From: Podarcis cretensis
Taxonomy: Eukaryota
NCBI GenBank assembly: GCA_951804945.1
Contig: OX638150.1
Coordinates: forward strand, 36,952,001 to 37,016,000
DNA: 64,000 bases
Direction: 5' to 3'
This document shows, piece after piece, positions 63,941 to 64,000 of this stretch; within the stretch, counting starts at the first letter, position 1; every line of letters starts with the position of its first letter. Under the pieces are notes generated by a model, which made no database searches, had not been told where the DNA came from, and saw only the letters and a list, made by a program, of their open reading frames with translations. The translations under genes were made by a program, and so were the position numbers.

Positions 63941-63966
63941 AGCAGCAGCAGCAGCAGCAGCAGCAA
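63941..63966. repeat. (AGC)n intronic trinucleotide repeat
   Basis: Seen directly; lies in the intron after 63619. Confidence 0.9.
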
Positions 63967-64000
63967 CATGATGGTGGTGCTGGTGCGAGTTGTAGTCCAA

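Noticed and set aside
63941-63966. (CAG)n as a polyglutamine tract
   Set aside because: Intronic, with no flanking splice sites, and embedded in a decayed MITE region.

Overview
Vertebrate genomic DNA, most likely a lacertid lizard (inferred from Sauria SINEs, Squam3-like SINEs, Bov-B and squamate-type L2 tails). The window lies inside the + strand gene MGAT5B (GnT-Vb/GnT-IX, alpha-1,6-mannosylglycoprotein 6-beta-N-acetylglucosaminyltransferase B). Eight internal coding exons (18547-18659, 30081-30154, 34624-34794, 36432-36596, 37428-37597, 56592-56723, 59686-59819, 63489-63619) have GT-AG boundaries and splice in phase into one stop-free frame. The start and end of the gene are outside the window. 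The introns carry Sauria SINEs, Squam3-like SINEs, Tc1/mariner MITEs, hAT-type MITEs, L2/CR1/Bov-B fragments and microsatellites. The most unusual item is an 825-bp solo LTR (13059-13883, TG...CA, 5-bp TSD GATGT). About 700 bp of it is one open frame encoding a 219-aa acidic/Ser-Pro protein with an Arg-rich, Rev-like motif, followed by AATAAA. Other points of interest are nested insertions that give relative TE ages, a MITE with a 9-bp TSD, inverted SINE pairs around exons, and a duplicated TEAD+AP-1 motif cassette. Family names come from recalled consensus features, not from database searches. Nearly all other ORFs in the supplied track look non-coding.
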